From Candidatus Binatia bacterium (GTDB taxonomy: Bacteria > Desulfobacterota > Binatia > Bin18): a stretch of DNA of 64,000 bases. The translations under genes and the position numbers were made by a program. The notes beneath the pieces were generated by a model. The model searched no databases, was not told the DNA's origin, and saw only the letters and a list, made by a program, of their open reading frames with translations. Of this stretch, positions 1 to 11,062 are shown in pieces. The DNA lies in assembly GCA_963666315.2 (NCBI GenBank), contig CAXXHG010000005.1, forward strand, positions 1 through 64,000. Reading direction: 5' to 3'. How positions within the stretch are numbered: position 1 is the first letter of the stretch; each line of letters starts with the position of its first letter.

Positions 1-1
1 T

Positions 2-103
2 CTTATTGAGAATGAGCATCGCACCCGCCAAGCCGTGCGTGGCGTTCGGCGGGCCTTTGGCGGGACCTTATCTCCCGCCCTGAAGAACGCGAGCATAGGC
101 TAG
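2..103 (+). CDS. alaC: 3' end of alanine transaminase-like class I/II aminotransferase (partial)
   Basis: Frame from nt 2 reads LIENEHRTRQAVRGVRRAFGG...*, matching the AlaC/YfdZ C-terminal motif; this gene commonly lies upstream of hom. Confidence 0.75.
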   Translation, partial: LIENEHRTRQAVRGVRRAFGGTLSPALKNASIG

Positions 104-105
104 GC

Positions 106-1434
106 ATGGCGGGGGAGGGGGTAAAACTTGGCCTGATCGGGCTCGGGACTGTTGGGTCCGGTGTTGTCCAGCTCTTGGACCAGCATCAAGACGCACTCAC
201 ACGTAAAATTGGTGGCCCGCTCCAGCTTATCCATGTTGCGAGCCGGAGTATTGCAACAAAACCGCATGCGCCGCTCCCTGGAGTGCGGCTGTCATCGGAT
301 CCCTGGGTGGTGGTGAATGATCCTGATGTCGATATCATGATTGAACTGATAGGTGGCGTCGATCCCGCCCGTGACCTTGTTTTAGAAGCCATGGCGCAGG
401 GGAAAGCCGTAGTCACTGCGAATAAAGCTCTGTTGGCGGTCCATGCCGATGAGGTTTTTTCCGCAGCGGAAGCCCATGGCGTGCGACTGGGATTTGAAGC
501 CAGCGTGGCCGGCGGTATTCCGATTATCCGGACTTTACGCGAAGGTTTTGCGGCTGACCGGAATAAAGCTTTGTTCGGTATTGTAAACGGCACGTGTAAC
601 TATATTCTTTCGACCATGAATGAGCAGGGAGCGGACTTTGCCTCTGTCTTACAACAGGCACAAGAATTAGGGCTGGCTGAGGCTGACCCCAGCATGGACG
701 TTGACGGCATTGATGCCGCTCAGAAGTTGACGCTTTTGGTCATGCTCGCTTTTGGAGTCCGTGTGCCGGCTGATGCTGTCTATACTGAGGGGATTCGACA
801 GCTGGACCAGATCGATATGCTATTTGCCCGTGAGTTCGGATACGCTATTAAACTCCTGGCGATTGCGAAGGATGAAGCGGGGACGCTTGAAGTCCGCGTG
901 CATCCGACTATGATCCCGCAGCACAGCTTACTCGCCAGTGTGAATGGCGCGTATAATGCGGTCTTCGTCCAAGGCGAAGCCTTGGGCTCTTCGCTGCAGT
1001 TTGGACAGGGGGCGGGCGGGTTGCCGACGGCAACGGCCGTGCTCGCCGATGTGGTTGATATCGCACGTACGTATCCGGCCTACACTGGACAGGCTGGTCT
1101 CAAACAGGCACCGCTTGGTTGGGCGTGGGCGGATTTACGTCCTGCGGTGATCCGACCGATGGAGGATCTCGCCGGTGAATACTACCTGCGCTTTATGGTG
1201 GTTGATCGGCCTGGAGTGCTGACTCAAGTGAGTGGTATTTTAGGCGAGCGGGAAATCAGTATTGCGTCCGTGATTCAGCGCGGACGCAGCGAAGGCGATA
1301 ATACTGTTCCCCTCGTGATGCGGACCCATACCGCGCGCGAGCATAATATTAAGGAAGCAATGACCTTAGTCGACCGACTGCCTGTGGTACAGGGGCAATC
1401 TGTTTTCGTACGTATTGAGGAGAGCCTCGGTTAG
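106..1434 (+). CDS. hom: Homoserine dehydrogenase with C-terminal ACT domain
   Basis: GLGTVGSG Rossmann motif, [37 protein letters not shown]; ACT domain (DRPGVL). Confidence 0.97.
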   Translation: MAGEGVKLGLIGLGTVGSGVVQLLDQHQDALTRKIGGPLQLIHVASRSIATKPHAPLPGVRLSSDPWVVVNDPDVDIMIELIGGVDPARDLVLEAMAQGKAVVTANKALLAVHADEVFSAAEAHGVRLGFEASVAGGIPIIRTLREGFAADRNKALFGIVNGTCNYILSTMNEQGADFASVLQQAQELGLAEADPSMDVDGIDAAQKLTLLVMLAFGVRVPADAVYTEGIRQLDQIDMLFAREFGYAIKLLAIAKDEAGTLEVRVHPTMIPQHSLLASVNGAYNAVFVQGEALGSSLQFGQGAGGLPTATAVLADVVDIARTYPAYTGQAGLKQAPLGWAWADLRPAVIRPMEDLAGEYYLRFMVVDRPGVLTQVSGILGEREISIASVIQRGRSEGDNTVPLVMRTHTAREHNIKEAMTLVDRLPVVQGQSVFVRIEESLG

Positions 1435-1448
1435 CCGGAAATACAATA

Positions 1449-2903
1449 ATGGAAAAAGCCCCAGCACCTCAGATCATGGCACCCAGTACGACAGCACCAT
1501 CAGCCGCCGTTCCCCTGACCGCTCCCGCGTCTTCTCCGTTTCGCGCCTGGTTTAGATGTGCATCCGGATGTGCCGGGGAATACCCGCTGAACGAGATTCT
1601 CTATTATTGTCCGTCATGCGGAGGGTTACTCGATGTTCAGCATGATCTCGACGCCCTCAGAACACGCACGGCACAAGAATGGCGGCATTTGTTTGATGAG
1701 CGTTACCGGCGCACGCTGTATCCCTATGGCAGTGGTGTGTGGGGCAAGAAAGAAATCGTGTGTCCGGCCATTGCCGATGAGAATGTGGTCTCAACCTATG
1801 AGGGCGCGACCAATATGTATTGGGCAGAGCGGTTGGGCAAGCAGATCGGCATTGATGAGCTGTGGGTGAAACAGTGCGGCAATTCCCACACCGGATCGTT
1901 CAAAGACCTGGGCATGACGGTGCTAGTGTCTATGGTCAAGCAAATGATTGCAGATGGGGTGCATATTCCCGCTGTTGCGTGTGCCTCAACTGGTGACACG
2001 TCGGCAGCGCTTGCCGCCTACTGCGCTGCCGCCGGCATCCCGGCCATTGTCATCCTGCCGCGTAATCGTGTGTCGACCGCCCAGCTCATCCAACCCATGG
2101 CAAATGGGGCGCTGACTCTCTCACTCGATACGGATTTTGACGGCTGTATGCGTGTCGTGCGTGAGCTGTGTATTAAGGAGAATATTTACCTCGCCAATTC
2201 TATGAACAGCCTGCGACTTGAAGGGCAAAAGACTATCTCGGTCGAAATCGTGCAGCAGTTTGACTGGACAGTACCGGATGTGGTGATCGTGCCCGGCGGC
2301 AATTTGGGCAACGTGACTGCGGTAGGCCGCGGATTTTTACTCATGCGGGAGCTCGGTTTGATTGACCGGCTGCCCCGTCTGGTGTGTGCACAGGCAGAGC
2401 GGGCGAATCCCCTGTATCGTAGCTTTGCGAAAGATTTCAAGACCTATCGTCCAGTCAAAGCCAAAAGAACTTTGGCCTCGGCTATTCAGATCGGCGATCC
2501 GGTCAGCATTAATAAAGCCATTAGCGTGCTGAAGACCTTTGATAGTATTGTCGAACAGGCGAGTGAAGAAGAGCTCGCCGACGCTGCGGCGTTGGCGGAC
2601 TTAACCGGACTCTTTAACTGTCCCCACACTGGAGTGGCTTTGGCCGTCCTCATGAAGCTGGTGCGCGCAGGACAGATTCAATCGCATGAACGTGTGGTTG
2701 TGATTTCAACCGCGCACGGCCTCAAATTTATCGACTTTAAACGACGTTACCACGAGGGCCGGCTGCGCGGGGTGGCGTCGCAGTATGCCAACCGACCGAT
2801 TGAACTGCCGGCCGTCTATGACAGCGCCCGCGACGCAATTTTTCGTGCGCTTGAGAAGCCGCGGCTTGAGAAGCCCCTGGTTCCACTGGCCGAGCAGGAG
2901 TAA
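1449..2903 (+). CDS. thrC: Threonine synthase (long, plant-like subfamily)
   Basis: HTGSFKDLG (PLP lysine), [17 protein letters not shown]; N-terminal [13 protein letters not shown] and [12 protein letters not shown]. Confidence 0.95.
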   Translation: MEKAPAPQIMAPSTTAPSAAVPLTAPASSPFRAWFRCASGCAGEYPLNEILYYCPSCGGLLDVQHDLDALRTRTAQEWRHLFDERYRRTLYPYGSGVWGKKEIVCPAIADENVVSTYEGATNMYWAERLGKQIGIDELWVKQCGNSHTGSFKDLGMTVLVSMVKQMIADGVHIPAVACASTGDTSAALAAYCAAAGIPAIVILPRNRVSTAQLIQPMANGALTLSLDTDFDGCMRVVRELCIKENIYLANSMNSLRLEGQKTISVEIVQQFDWTVPDVVIVPGGNLGNVTAVGRGFLLMRELGLIDRLPRLVCAQAERANPLYRSFAKDFKTYRPVKAKRTLASAIQIGDPVSINKAISVLKTFDSIVEQASEEELADAAALADLTGLFNCPHTGVALAVLMKLVRAGQIQSHERVVVISTAHGLKFIDFKRRYHEGRLRGVASQYANRPIELPAVYDSARDAIFRALEKPRLEKPLVPLAEQE

Positions 2904-2924
2904 CGCTTTAGAGTGGTAGGGCTT

Positions 2925-4163
2925 ATGAAATACGTGATTCTCCAAGGCGACGGTATGGCGGATTGGCCGGTCGATGAACTCGGCGGGAAAACGCCGCTCG
3001 AATACGCCCGCACGCCGAATATGGACTATATTGCATCGCATGGTGTGTTGGGTCTCACCCAAACGATTCCCGAGGGCTATCCTCCTGGCAGCGATGTCGG
3101 CACCATGAGTTTGCTCGGCTATGACCCTCGCCAATACCACACTGGGCGCTCTCCGATTGAAGCTGCAAGCATGGGAGTTGAGCTGGGACCGGAGGATATT
3201 GCGTTTCGGTGCAATCTGGTGACGCTCGGACGTGCGGCAGACGGGGCTGAAACGATGGTCGACTTTGCGGCGGACCATATTCCCAGTCCGGAAGCCGCAG
3301 AGCTCATTCAGGCCGTCGGTGCGGAGCTTGGCGGCGGTGAGTTCGAGTTTCATCCTGGTGTGAGTTACCGCCATCTGCTGGTATGGCATGGCGGGCAGGA
3401 GGCTATGCAGACCACGCCGCCGCACGATATAACCGGCCGGTCGCTGGACGGGCATTGGCCGCACGGTGACGGCGGAAAGCGGCTGTGTGAATTGATGCGG
3501 CGCTCTCAGGAGATCTTTGCTGAGCATCCGGTGAACACACGCTGGCAAGCCGCCGGCCATAAGCCCGTCTCTTCGATCTGGCTGTGGGGGCAAGGCCGCC
3601 GTCCGGCCGTACCCACGTTTGCCGAACGCTTTGGGCTCAGCGGTGTCGTGATCTCTGCCGTTGATTTGGTCCGTGGTCTTGGCGTGCTGGCAGGTTTAGC
3701 AATCATTGAGGTGCCTGGAGCAACCGGATTTCTTGATACGAATTACTTGGGCAAGGCGGAATATGGCCTGGCTGCCTTACGCGAGAAAGACCTGCTGTTT
3801 TTGCATGTTGAGGCACCTGATGAGGCCGGGCATATGGGCGCCGCTGACAAAAAGGTCCAAGCGCTGGAGGATTTTGATGAGAAAGTGGTCGGGACGATTT
3901 TACGCGGGCTGAGAGAATTCCCTGAGTGGAAGATCTTGCTCATGCCGGACCACGCAACGCCGCTCGCGATTAAGACCCACTCGTCCGATCCCGTACCATT
4001 TGCCGTGCTGTCGTCTGAAGCTGAATCCCATGCAGATGCTGAATCCATGGGGTATAACGAGCCGAGTGCAAAAGCAACCAACATCTTCGTGCCTGTGGCT
4101 TGGAAGCTGATGGAGCAAGTCATTCGCGGTGAGGCGCAATCGCTGGGGCAATTGCTGGCGTGA
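2925..4163 (+). CDS. apgM: ApgM-type cofactor-independent phosphoglycerate mutase / proposed homoserine kinase
   Basis: GDGMAD, GKTPLE, PGSDVG, PPHDI, HVEAPDEAGH, MPDHATP, THSSDPVPF motifs; directly after hom-thrC. Confidence 0.88.
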   Translation: MKYVILQGDGMADWPVDELGGKTPLEYARTPNMDYIASHGVLGLTQTIPEGYPPGSDVGTMSLLGYDPRQYHTGRSPIEAASMGVELGPEDIAFRCNLVTLGRAADGAETMVDFAADHIPSPEAAELIQAVGAELGGGEFEFHPGVSYRHLLVWHGGQEAMQTTPPHDITGRSLDGHWPHGDGGKRLCELMRRSQEIFAEHPVNTRWQAAGHKPVSSIWLWGQGRRPAVPTFAERFGLSGVVISAVDLVRGLGVLAGLAIIEVPGATGFLDTNYLGKAEYGLAALREKDLLFLHVEAPDEAGHMGAADKKVQALEDFDEKVVGTILRGLREFPEWKILLMPDHATPLAIKTHSSDPVPFAVLSSEAESHADAESMGYNEPSAKATNIFVPVAWKLMEQVIRGEAQSLGQLLA

Positions 4164-4176
4164 AGAGGGAGCAGGC

Positions 4177-5133
4177 ATGGATCGAAATCTGGCTCTTGAA
4201 TTCGTGCGTGTGACAGAGGCCGCCGCCTTAGCTGCCGCGGCCCATATGGGGCGAGGGGATGAAGCTGTTGCCGATGCCGCCGCTGTGAGCGCGATGTATA
4301 AACTGTTCCCCGATATTGAATTTAATGGTCGCCTGGTCATCGGAGAAGGCGACGAGGACTCCGTCCCTATGCTGTATGCTGACGAAGCGCTTGGGACAGG
4401 AAAAGGTCCTGAGATCGAGGTGATCGTTGACGCGCTTGAAAGCACGACCTCATGCGCCCTTGGGGGCCCGAATGCAATTGCAGCGATTGCCATCGCTGAA
4501 CAGGGTGGGTTTCTGCGCTGTCCACCCGATGTCTATATGGAAAAAATCGCTGTCGGGGCGTGGGGTAAAGGCGTTATTGATCTCGATATATCCATGGCGG
4601 ATAATCTTGCCGCCCTGGCTGAGGTCAAAGGCGTGAAGCCACAAAACCTCCGTGTTGTGGTCCTCGATCGCCCACGGCATGCCAAGCTGTTGCAAGAGCT
4701 GCGCGATATTGATGTCCATCTCAAGCTGATCAGCGATGGTGATCTGTCCGCTGCCTTAGCAACCACGCGTGAAGAGTCGGGTGTTGATCTCCTTGTGGGT
4801 ACTGGCCGGGCCGCACAAGGGATTTTGGCTGCGGCTGCCCTGCAGTGCCTGGGCGGAGAGATTCAAGCCCGGTTCCAACCCAGCACGCAGGAGGAGGTCG
4901 ACCAGCTGCGTCAGATCGGGGTGGAAGACCTACGCAAAAAATATACGGCAGAAGACCTCACTCAAGGGAGCGTGGTGTTTGCGGCCACTGGCGTAACGAC
5001 TGGAGAGTATCTGCGCGGAGTGCGGTTTTTCCCTGGAGGGGGCGAGTCACATTCCGTCGTTATGCGCTCAAAAAGTCGGACGATCCGTTTTCTCAATACA
5101 TTTCATTATTTTGAGGAGCAGCCGGAGTATTAA
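4177..5133 (+). CDS. glpX: Class II fructose-1,6-bisphosphatase
   Basis: MDRNLALEFVRVTEAAA, VIGEG, YMEKIAVG, LDRPRH, ISDGD, FAATGVTTG. Confidence 0.93.
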   Translation: MDRNLALEFVRVTEAAALAAAAHMGRGDEAVADAAAVSAMYKLFPDIEFNGRLVIGEGDEDSVPMLYADEALGTGKGPEIEVIVDALESTTSCALGGPNAIAAIAIAEQGGFLRCPPDVYMEKIAVGAWGKGVIDLDISMADNLAALAEVKGVKPQNLRVVVLDRPRHAKLLQELRDIDVHLKLISDGDLSAALATTREESGVDLLVGTGRAAQGILAAAALQCLGGEIQARFQPSTQEEVDQLRQIGVEDLRKKYTAEDLTQGSVVFAATGVTTGEYLRGVRFFPGGGESHSVVMRSKSRTIRFLNTFHYFEEQPEY

Positions 5134-5134
5134 T

Positions 5135-5917
5135 ATGGCATACGAAAATATTGTGTTTGAGCAAGAGGACGCCGTTGGCATTCTGACCGTGAACCGTCCG
5201 AAGAGTTTGAATGCGCTCAATCCCACAACGCTGGGTGAGATTGCCGACTGTTTAGAGACCGTACGGCAAGATCCGGCGATTCGCTGCCTTATCATTACCG
5301 GCGCGGGAGATCGTGCCTTTGTCGCCGGAGCAGATATCTCGGCCATGGTGTCGATGTCGGCCCTTGAAGGCAAGGCCTTTGCCTCTCTGGGCCTCAACGT
5401 GGCGCGTCGGCTTGAAGAGATGTCCATTCCGGTTATTGCCGCAGTGAATGGATTCGCCCTCGGGGGTGGAACCGAGTTGGCCTTGGCCTGCGATATGATT
5501 ATTGCGGCAGAGACAGCCAAGTTTGGGCAACCGGAAATCAACCTCGGCGTTATCCCCGGGTTTGGAGGAACGCAGCGTTTAGCGCGTCGAATCGGGCTGC
5601 CGTTGGCGCGCGAACTCATCTACACTGGGGATATGATAACTGCGGAAACGGCGCTGCGTTACGGTTTGGTCAATCGGGTCGTTCCCTTAGTCGATTGCCT
5701 CAACGAGGCCAAAGCACTAGCACATAAGCTGACGACAAAGCCGCCGATTGCGATTCAGCAGGCGAAAGCCGCCATTAATGCCGGCATCGATATGGACATT
5801 ATTAACGGCTGTCGTTTTGAGACCGAAGCCTTTGGACTCACTTTTGCGACAGAAGATAAAGCCGAAGGCATGTCTGCTTTTCTGGAAAAACGAGCGGCTC
5901 AGTTCGCTGGCAAATAG
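5135..5917 (+). CDS. Enoyl-CoA hydratase (crotonase)
   Basis: AFVAGADI, GFALGGGTELALACD, FGQPEINLG, PGFGGTQRL; both catalytic Glu present. Confidence 0.95.
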   Translation: MAYENIVFEQEDAVGILTVNRPKSLNALNPTTLGEIADCLETVRQDPAIRCLIITGAGDRAFVAGADISAMVSMSALEGKAFASLGLNVARRLEEMSIPVIAAVNGFALGGGTELALACDMIIAAETAKFGQPEINLGVIPGFGGTQRLARRIGLPLARELIYTGDMITAETALRYGLVNRVVPLVDCLNEAKALAHKLTTKPPIAIQQAKAAINAGIDMDIINGCRFETEAFGLTFATEDKAEGMSAFLEKRAAQFAGK

Positions 5918-6060
5918 GAAAAGCACCCTATTCTGCGCGTGTCGGGCATGCTATGTAGCGTCAAATCCTTTGTATTCCAGAGGACTTGGACCTCAAGGCG
6001 GGTGTGTCAAGCAGATCTGCAAAATGAATATGACGGATAGCCGGTTTTTCAGGAGGAGTC

Positions 6061-7692
6061 ATGCGTAAACAGGATTGGTTGAATGAGAAATATTCTCAGC
6101 AGAGCGAACGCGCCCAGCGGTTTTCAACCATCTCCGATATGGAAGTCGATCCGATCTACGCACCGGATGACCTGAATGGCTCCAATCTCGAAGGGATCGG
6201 CTTTCCTGGCGAATATCCCTACACGCGCGGGGTGTATCCGAGCATGTACCGCGGCAAATACTGGACTATGCGTCAGTTTGCCGGGTTTGGGACGCCTGAG
6301 GATACTAACCAACGCTTTAAGCTCCTCTTATCAGAAGGACAGACCGGTCTTTCAACAGCATTCGATATGCCGGTGCTTATGGGCTATGACGCTGACCATC
6401 CACGTTCGCTTGGTGAGGTTGGACGCGAGGGTGTCTCGGTCTCGACTATCAAAGATATGGAGCGGCTCTTCGATGATATTCCGCTGGATAAAGTCTCCAC
6501 ATCCATGACCGTGAATTGTACCGCCAGCGTCCTGCTGGCCATGTATATCGCGGTTGCGGATAAACAGGACATCCCTCGGAATCAACTCAGCGGTACCATT
6601 CAGAACGACATGTTCAAGGAATATATCGCGCAAAAAGAGTGGATCTGCCCGCCGGAACCTGCCGTGCGGATTGTGACCGATATGATTGAATTCTGCACCA
6701 AAGAGGTCCCCCGCTGGCACGCCGTATCGATTTCAGGCTACCACATTCGAGAAGCCGGCTCGACCGCGGTGCAGGAACTCGCCTTCACCCTGGCCGACGG
6801 TATCGGCTATGTCCAGGCGGCGATCGAGCGTGGGCTCGATGTGGATGATTTTGCCCCGCGCCTGTCCTTCTTCTTTGATATTCATAACGACTTCTTTGAA
6901 GAAATCGCGAAGCTCCGGGCCGCTCGGCGCATGTGGGCCAAGATCATGAAGGAACGGTTTGGGGCAAAGAATCCACGTTCTCTGCTCATGCGTACGCATT
7001 GCCAAACCGCAGGTGTCAGCCTGACGGCCCAGCAGCCGGTCAACAATGTTGTCCGGGTTGCTATTCAAGCTCTCGCGGGTGTGTTGGGGGGAACCCAATC
7101 GCTCCACACCAACTCTATGGATGAGACGCTGGCACTGCCGACTGAAGCATCGGTCATGGTAGCGTTGCGCACGCAGCAGATTATTGCCGAAGAAAGTGGC
7201 GTAGCAAATATTGTTGATCCGCTTGGCGGCAGCTGGGCAGTTGAGGCTCTGACTGATCGGATGGAAAAAGATGCGTGCGCCTATATTGACCGGATTGATG
7301 AACTGGGTGGTATTATCCCGGCTATTAATAAGGGCTATCCACAAAAAGAAATTGCGGATTCAGCCTATCGTTACCAGCAGCAACTGGATGCCAAAGAGAA
7401 AGTCATTGTCGGGGTGAATGCGCACGAGATTCCAGAAGAGCGACCGATGGAAACCCTCAAGATCCACCCTGAGGTCGAGCGTAGCCAGATTGCCCAGGTG
7501 AAGCAGGTCAAACAAGAGCGCGATAGCGTGCAGGTAGAAGAACACCTTGGCCGGGTGCATGCCGCTGCACGCAACGGCCAAAACCTAATGCCGGTCTTGA
7601 TCGATGCTGTCAAAGCCTACTGTACGGTTGGCGAAATCTCTGACGTCTACCGTGAGGTGTTTGGGGTGTATCAAGATCCAGCGTGGCTGTAA
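6061..7692 (+). CDS. icmA: B12-dependent acyl-CoA mutase large subunit, isobutyryl-CoA mutase type
   Basis: [18 protein letters not shown] (F73), KEYIAQKEW (Q191), [18 protein letters not shown]; no B12-binding domain. Confidence 0.85.
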   Translation: MRKQDWLNEKYSQQSERAQRFSTISDMEVDPIYAPDDLNGSNLEGIGFPGEYPYTRGVYPSMYRGKYWTMRQFAGFGTPEDTNQRFKLLLSEGQTGLSTAFDMPVLMGYDADHPRSLGEVGREGVSVSTIKDMERLFDDIPLDKVSTSMTVNCTASVLLAMYIAVADKQDIPRNQLSGTIQNDMFKEYIAQKEWICPPEPAVRIVTDMIEFCTKEVPRWHAVSISGYHIREAGSTAVQELAFTLADGIGYVQAAIERGLDVDDFAPRLSFFFDIHNDFFEEIAKLRAARRMWAKIMKERFGAKNPRSLLMRTHCQTAGVSLTAQQPVNNVVRVAIQALAGVLGGTQSLHTNSMDETLALPTEASVMVALRTQQIIAEESGVANIVDPLGGSWAVEALTDRMEKDACAYIDRIDELGGIIPAINKGYPQKEIADSAYRYQQQLDAKEKVIVGVNAHEIPEERPMETLKIHPEVERSQIAQVKQVKQERDSVQVEEHLGRVHAAARNGQNLMPVLIDAVKAYCTVGEISDVYREVFGVYQDPAWL

Positions 7693-7705
7693 CGAAGAAA
7701 GGATC

Positions 7706-7764
7706 TGGGAGTTAGGGGCTAGGGATTAGTTTTTCCTCACTCTTGCCCCCAACCCCTAGTCCCT
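7706..7764. repeat. Imperfect short inverted/heptamer repeat (REP-like) between the mutase subunits
   Basis: gttaggggctaggga ... cccccaacccctagtccct; complementary degenerate 7-mer units. Confidence 0.4.
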
Positions 7765-7780
7765 TATTTGGGAGGTCCGT

Positions 7781-8194
7781 GTGTCCGAAGAAAAAGTACT
7801 CCGCATCTTAGTCGCAAAGGCCGGTCTTGATGGGCATGATCGGGGGGCCAAGATTATTGCCCGGACGCTACGGGACGCTGGTTTTGAGGTAATTTATACG
7901 GGCCTACACCAAACGCCGGAAATGATTGCTGAGGCTGCGGTGCAGGAAGATGTGGATGCCGTTGGCTTGAGTATGCTCTCCGGTGCCCATATGACCTTAT
8001 TCCCGGCCGTTATAAATGCGCTCAAGGAGCGTGGAGCAGAGGATATAGAAGTCTTTGGCGGTGGGATCGTGCCTGCGGATGACATGCCTGAACTGAAAAA
8101 AGCCGGGGTTCGAGAGGTTTTTACCCCTGGGGTGAGCACGCAAGAAATTGTTGAGTGGATTCGAAACAACATTGAACCGCGTACTGCTGTATGA
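7781..8194 (+). CDS. icmB: Cobalamin-binding small subunit of the acyl-CoA mutase
   Basis: GLDGHDRG (DxHxxG), SMLSGAH, GGGIVP; GGAGG RBS before GTG. Confidence 0.9.
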   Translation: MSEEKVLRILVAKAGLDGHDRGAKIIARTLRDAGFEVIYTGLHQTPEMIAEAAVQEDVDAVGLSMLSGAHMTLFPAVINALKERGAEDIEVFGGGIVPADDMPELKKAGVREVFTPGVSTQEIVEWIRNNIEPRTAV

Positions 8195-8225
8195 GCAGTA
8201 TGGGTGGAATGTAAAGGGCGTGGGG

Positions 8226-8570
8226 ATGGTCAAACTTGTTGTGTGTGTGAAACGAAATCCTGACATGGATGTAGAGGAGTTTCATCAGTACTGGCGGACT
8301 ACACACGGCACACTGATTAAGAGTCACCCTGGGCTGCGTAAATATATTCGGAAATACATCCAGAGCCATACAGTAGCGCAAGCGTATGAACGCAACGAAG
8401 CGCCGTTCGACGGCATTGCGGAACTCTGGTTTGATGACATAGCCGCTGTTGACGGATTTTTTGCCGACCCGGATTACGTGGCAAAAATTCGTCCTGACGA
8501 ACTGAAATTTACGGACCACGCTAACCTGGTTTGGTTCGTGACCCAAGAAGAGCCCGTCCTTGAAGGCTAA
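8226..8570 (+). CDS. EthD-domain protein
   Basis: EEFHQYWRTTHG, YIQSH, FDGIAELWFD, IRPDE. Confidence 0.85.
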   Translation: MVKLVVCVKRNPDMDVEEFHQYWRTTHGTLIKSHPGLRKYIRKYIQSHTVAQAYERNEAPFDGIAELWFDDIAAVDGFFADPDYVAKIRPDELKFTDHANLVWFVTQEEPVLEG

Positions 8571-8614
8571 TCCTTTACCTTCTCAAGACGGTCTCAGGAT
8601 GGCTGCGCAGCACT

Positions 8615-9832
8615 GTGGATTGCTACGATGTGATCATAATCGGTTCCGGCCCGGCCGGGACCGCAACCGCCCTGCACCTCCTCAAGGCTGACTCTGCTCT
8701 CGCCGGCCATATTCTTCTGCTTGATAAAGCGGTCCATCCGCGCGAGAAAATCTGTGCCGGCGGGCTGATTCCCCATACGCTCGATTGTCTCAATGTGTTG
8801 GACGTCCCGCTGACGGTCCCGCACGTTCAGGTGCATCGTGCTTTCGTGCGGGTACCACCAGGGCAAGTCGTCGAGTGTCAGGATGGGGGCATGTGTTCGA
8901 TAGTCCGACGGAATGAATTTGACTTTTTGCTTGTGCAGGCGGCGCAGGAGCGCGGTGCTGAGCTGCGCCAGGGCGAAAAAGTGCGAGAGTTAGTTCGGGA
9001 ACCTGATGGAATTCGGGTGCTGACTGAAAAGGAGACCTATCGCACGCGTGTTGTCGTGGGTGCGGACGGATCAGGCAGTCGTGTCCGGCGTCAACTGGTC
9101 GGCGAGGCGCGACTGCCGGTTGGCAAGGCAGTGATGTCTGACGTTCCTGTGTCGGAAACAGACTGGAACGGGTTTGCCCAGCAACGCTACGAGTTTAATT
9201 TCTTGCCGGTCCAAAACGGGCTGCGTGGCTATCTGTGGGCCTTTCCGTGTCTCATCGATCAAGTACCGCATGTGAATATCGGTGTGTATTCACTCGGGAC
9301 GGCGTCTTTATCAAATACCGCCCTTCGGCAGAGCCTCACACAAGAGATCGATCGTATCCGTAGTCCCGATAGAGCAGAATCGGCACAATCGCCACGACGG
9401 CTGCGGGCCTTTCCCATCTATGGCTACGACCCTCAGCGCCCGCTTGCCGCACCACACGTCGTCCTGGCCGGCGATGCAGCAGGCGCCGAGCCGCTCATGG
9501 GTGAAGGGATTTCGTTTGCGCTTGAATATGGGGAGGTTGCTGCTCAGGCCGTGCTTCGGGCACTGCATACCCAAGATTTCACCTTTGGCGACTACACCCA
9601 GAGCATCACACAGTCTTGGATGGGGAAGAAGTTGGCGCGTCTTTCCTTTGCAACCAAGCTTTTTTATGGCCGGACGGCACTGATCTGGTTTACTTTGGCC
9701 GCCCGTAGCAGACGACTCCGGTCCGTCGGCCTGAAATGGTATAACGGTGTGGATGGCTGGCATCAACGCAGTGGCTGGGATGCCGTGCGGACGGTACTGC
9801 GCGGGCGTCCGATACGAGCGAGTGGAGGATAA
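8615..9832 (+). CDS. FAD-dependent oxidoreductase, geranylgeranyl reductase family
   Basis: GSGPAG, PREKICAGGL, VVGADG, GDAAG.EPLMGEGI. Confidence 0.85.
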   Translation: MDCYDVIIIGSGPAGTATALHLLKADSALAGHILLLDKAVHPREKICAGGLIPHTLDCLNVLDVPLTVPHVQVHRAFVRVPPGQVVECQDGGMCSIVRRNEFDFLLVQAAQERGAELRQGEKVRELVREPDGIRVLTEKETYRTRVVVGADGSGSRVRRQLVGEARLPVGKAVMSDVPVSETDWNGFAQQRYEFNFLPVQNGLRGYLWAFPCLIDQVPHVNIGVYSLGTASLSNTALRQSLTQEIDRIRSPDRAESAQSPRRLRAFPIYGYDPQRPLAAPHVVLAGDAAGAEPLMGEGISFALEYGEVAAQAVLRALHTQDFTFGDYTQSITQSWMGKKLARLSFATKLFYGRTALIWFTLAARSRRLRSVGLKWYNGVDGWHQRSGWDAVRTVLRGRPIRASGG

Positions 9833-9835
9833 ATA

Positions 9836-10156
9836 ATGGCACAACGGCGCAAGCGTCGGACGGTGGCAAAGCAGCACAAGAAACGACGTTGGCTTCTGAT
9901 TCCGAAGCTCTTGCTCCTCCTGGCCTGTGTTGGGCTGGTAGTGTTTATTGGAGCGATTTTCGTGATGGAAGCAGAGTTGCGTCGGATTGGCCTGTTTGGC
10001 CCGGAGGGTATGAACGAGCCGACGCAGAGTGCAACGGAATCCGCTGTTGCTGCAAGACCTGGCCACACCACCGCCAACGTGGCTGAAGAGGTCACGCAAG
10101 AGGAACGACGACAATTGGAAGCCATTCTCCAAAAGCAAAGTGAAGGCGGAGCGTAG
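9836..10156 (+). CDS. Small single-pass membrane protein (hypothetical)
   Basis: Basic N-terminus, one hydrophobic helix, GGAGG RBS, tightly coupled to neighbours. Confidence 0.65.
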   Translation: MAQRRKRRTVAKQHKKRRWLLIPKLLLLLACVGLVVFIGAIFVMEAELRRIGLFGPEGMNEPTQSATESAVAARPGHTTANVAEEVTQEERRQLEAILQKQSEGGA

Positions 10157-10182
10157 GGCTACACTTTTTCGGGTTCGGGTGA

Positions 10183-11013
10183 ATGATGGAATTTCTTGAC
10201 GACCACAAACGTTGCCTTGCTCTGCCACACGTGCCACGGCGTATTATCTCACTCGTTCCGAGTATTACTGAGACGCTGTTTGCACTTGGGGCTGGAAGCA
10301 GGGTTGTCGGGGTGACGACCTATTGTACGCATCCGGCCGAGAGCGTGGCAGGTATCACAAAGGTTGGCGGAACCAAAGATCCGGATCTAGAGGTGATTGA
10401 GAGGCTGAAGCCCGACCTCGTTATTGTCAATGACGAAGAAAACCGCCATGAGGATTTCAGTGCGCTGGAGGAACGGGGCTTGCCGCTCTACGTCACGGCG
10501 CCGCGCACTGTGCTGGCAGGCATTCGTATGGTTGCGCAGCTCGGCCCATTAGTTGGCTGTCAAGAACAAGGGCATGCACTTTCTCGAGGTCTTGAGCAAC
10601 AGTATGGGGAAGTGACGGCGGGGCTAGGGCGGGTACCACGGCTGCGAGTTTTTTGTCCAATTTGGCGCAAACCCTGGATGTCCTTTAACGCCGATACCTA
10701 TAGCGACGATATGCTATGGTGCTGCGGTGGCGAGAATATTCTTCGGACAAAAGAGGAGCGCTATTTCTCCCTCAGACTTGATGAGGTCGCTGCTGCGGCC
10801 CCTCAGGTTGTCCTTCTCCCGAGCGAGCCGTACCCGTTTGCGAAGAAGCATTTCGTACATCTCAAGCCGTTGCTGGATACACCGGCCGGACAGGCAGGGC
10901 ACTTTTATTGTGTCGATGGCATGGCGCTGTGTTGGTATGGACCGCGGATTGCGGCTGGTTTGACTGAACTATCGCGTTTATTTGCTTTTGTATGGGAGAC
11001 GATAGATGACTAG
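10183..11013 (+). CDS. BtuF-like helical-backbone cobalamin/metal-binding protein
   Basis: RIISLVPSITETLF, VGVTTYC, VGGTKDPD, LPSEPYPF, WYGPR; no clear signal peptide. Confidence 0.8.
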   Translation: MMEFLDDHKRCLALPHVPRRIISLVPSITETLFALGAGSRVVGVTTYCTHPAESVAGITKVGGTKDPDLEVIERLKPDLVIVNDEENRHEDFSALEERGLPLYVTAPRTVLAGIRMVAQLGPLVGCQEQGHALSRGLEQQYGEVTAGLGRVPRLRVFCPIWRKPWMSFNADTYSDDMLWCCGGENILRTKEERYFSLRLDEVAAAAPQVVLLPSEPYPFAKKHFVHLKPLLDTPAGQAGHFYCVDGMALCWYGPRIAAGLTELSRLFAFVWETIDD

Positions 11014-11062
11014 TCATTTCCTGTTTCCCGCCTGCGTTCTCGACGTCAAGGAGACTTAAACA

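Noticed and set aside
2706-3593. Long antisense ORFs (also 9311-10237, 35818-36540, 56104-56961)
   Set aside because: Shadow frames opposite well-supported genes, as expected from codon bias in moderately GC-rich DNA
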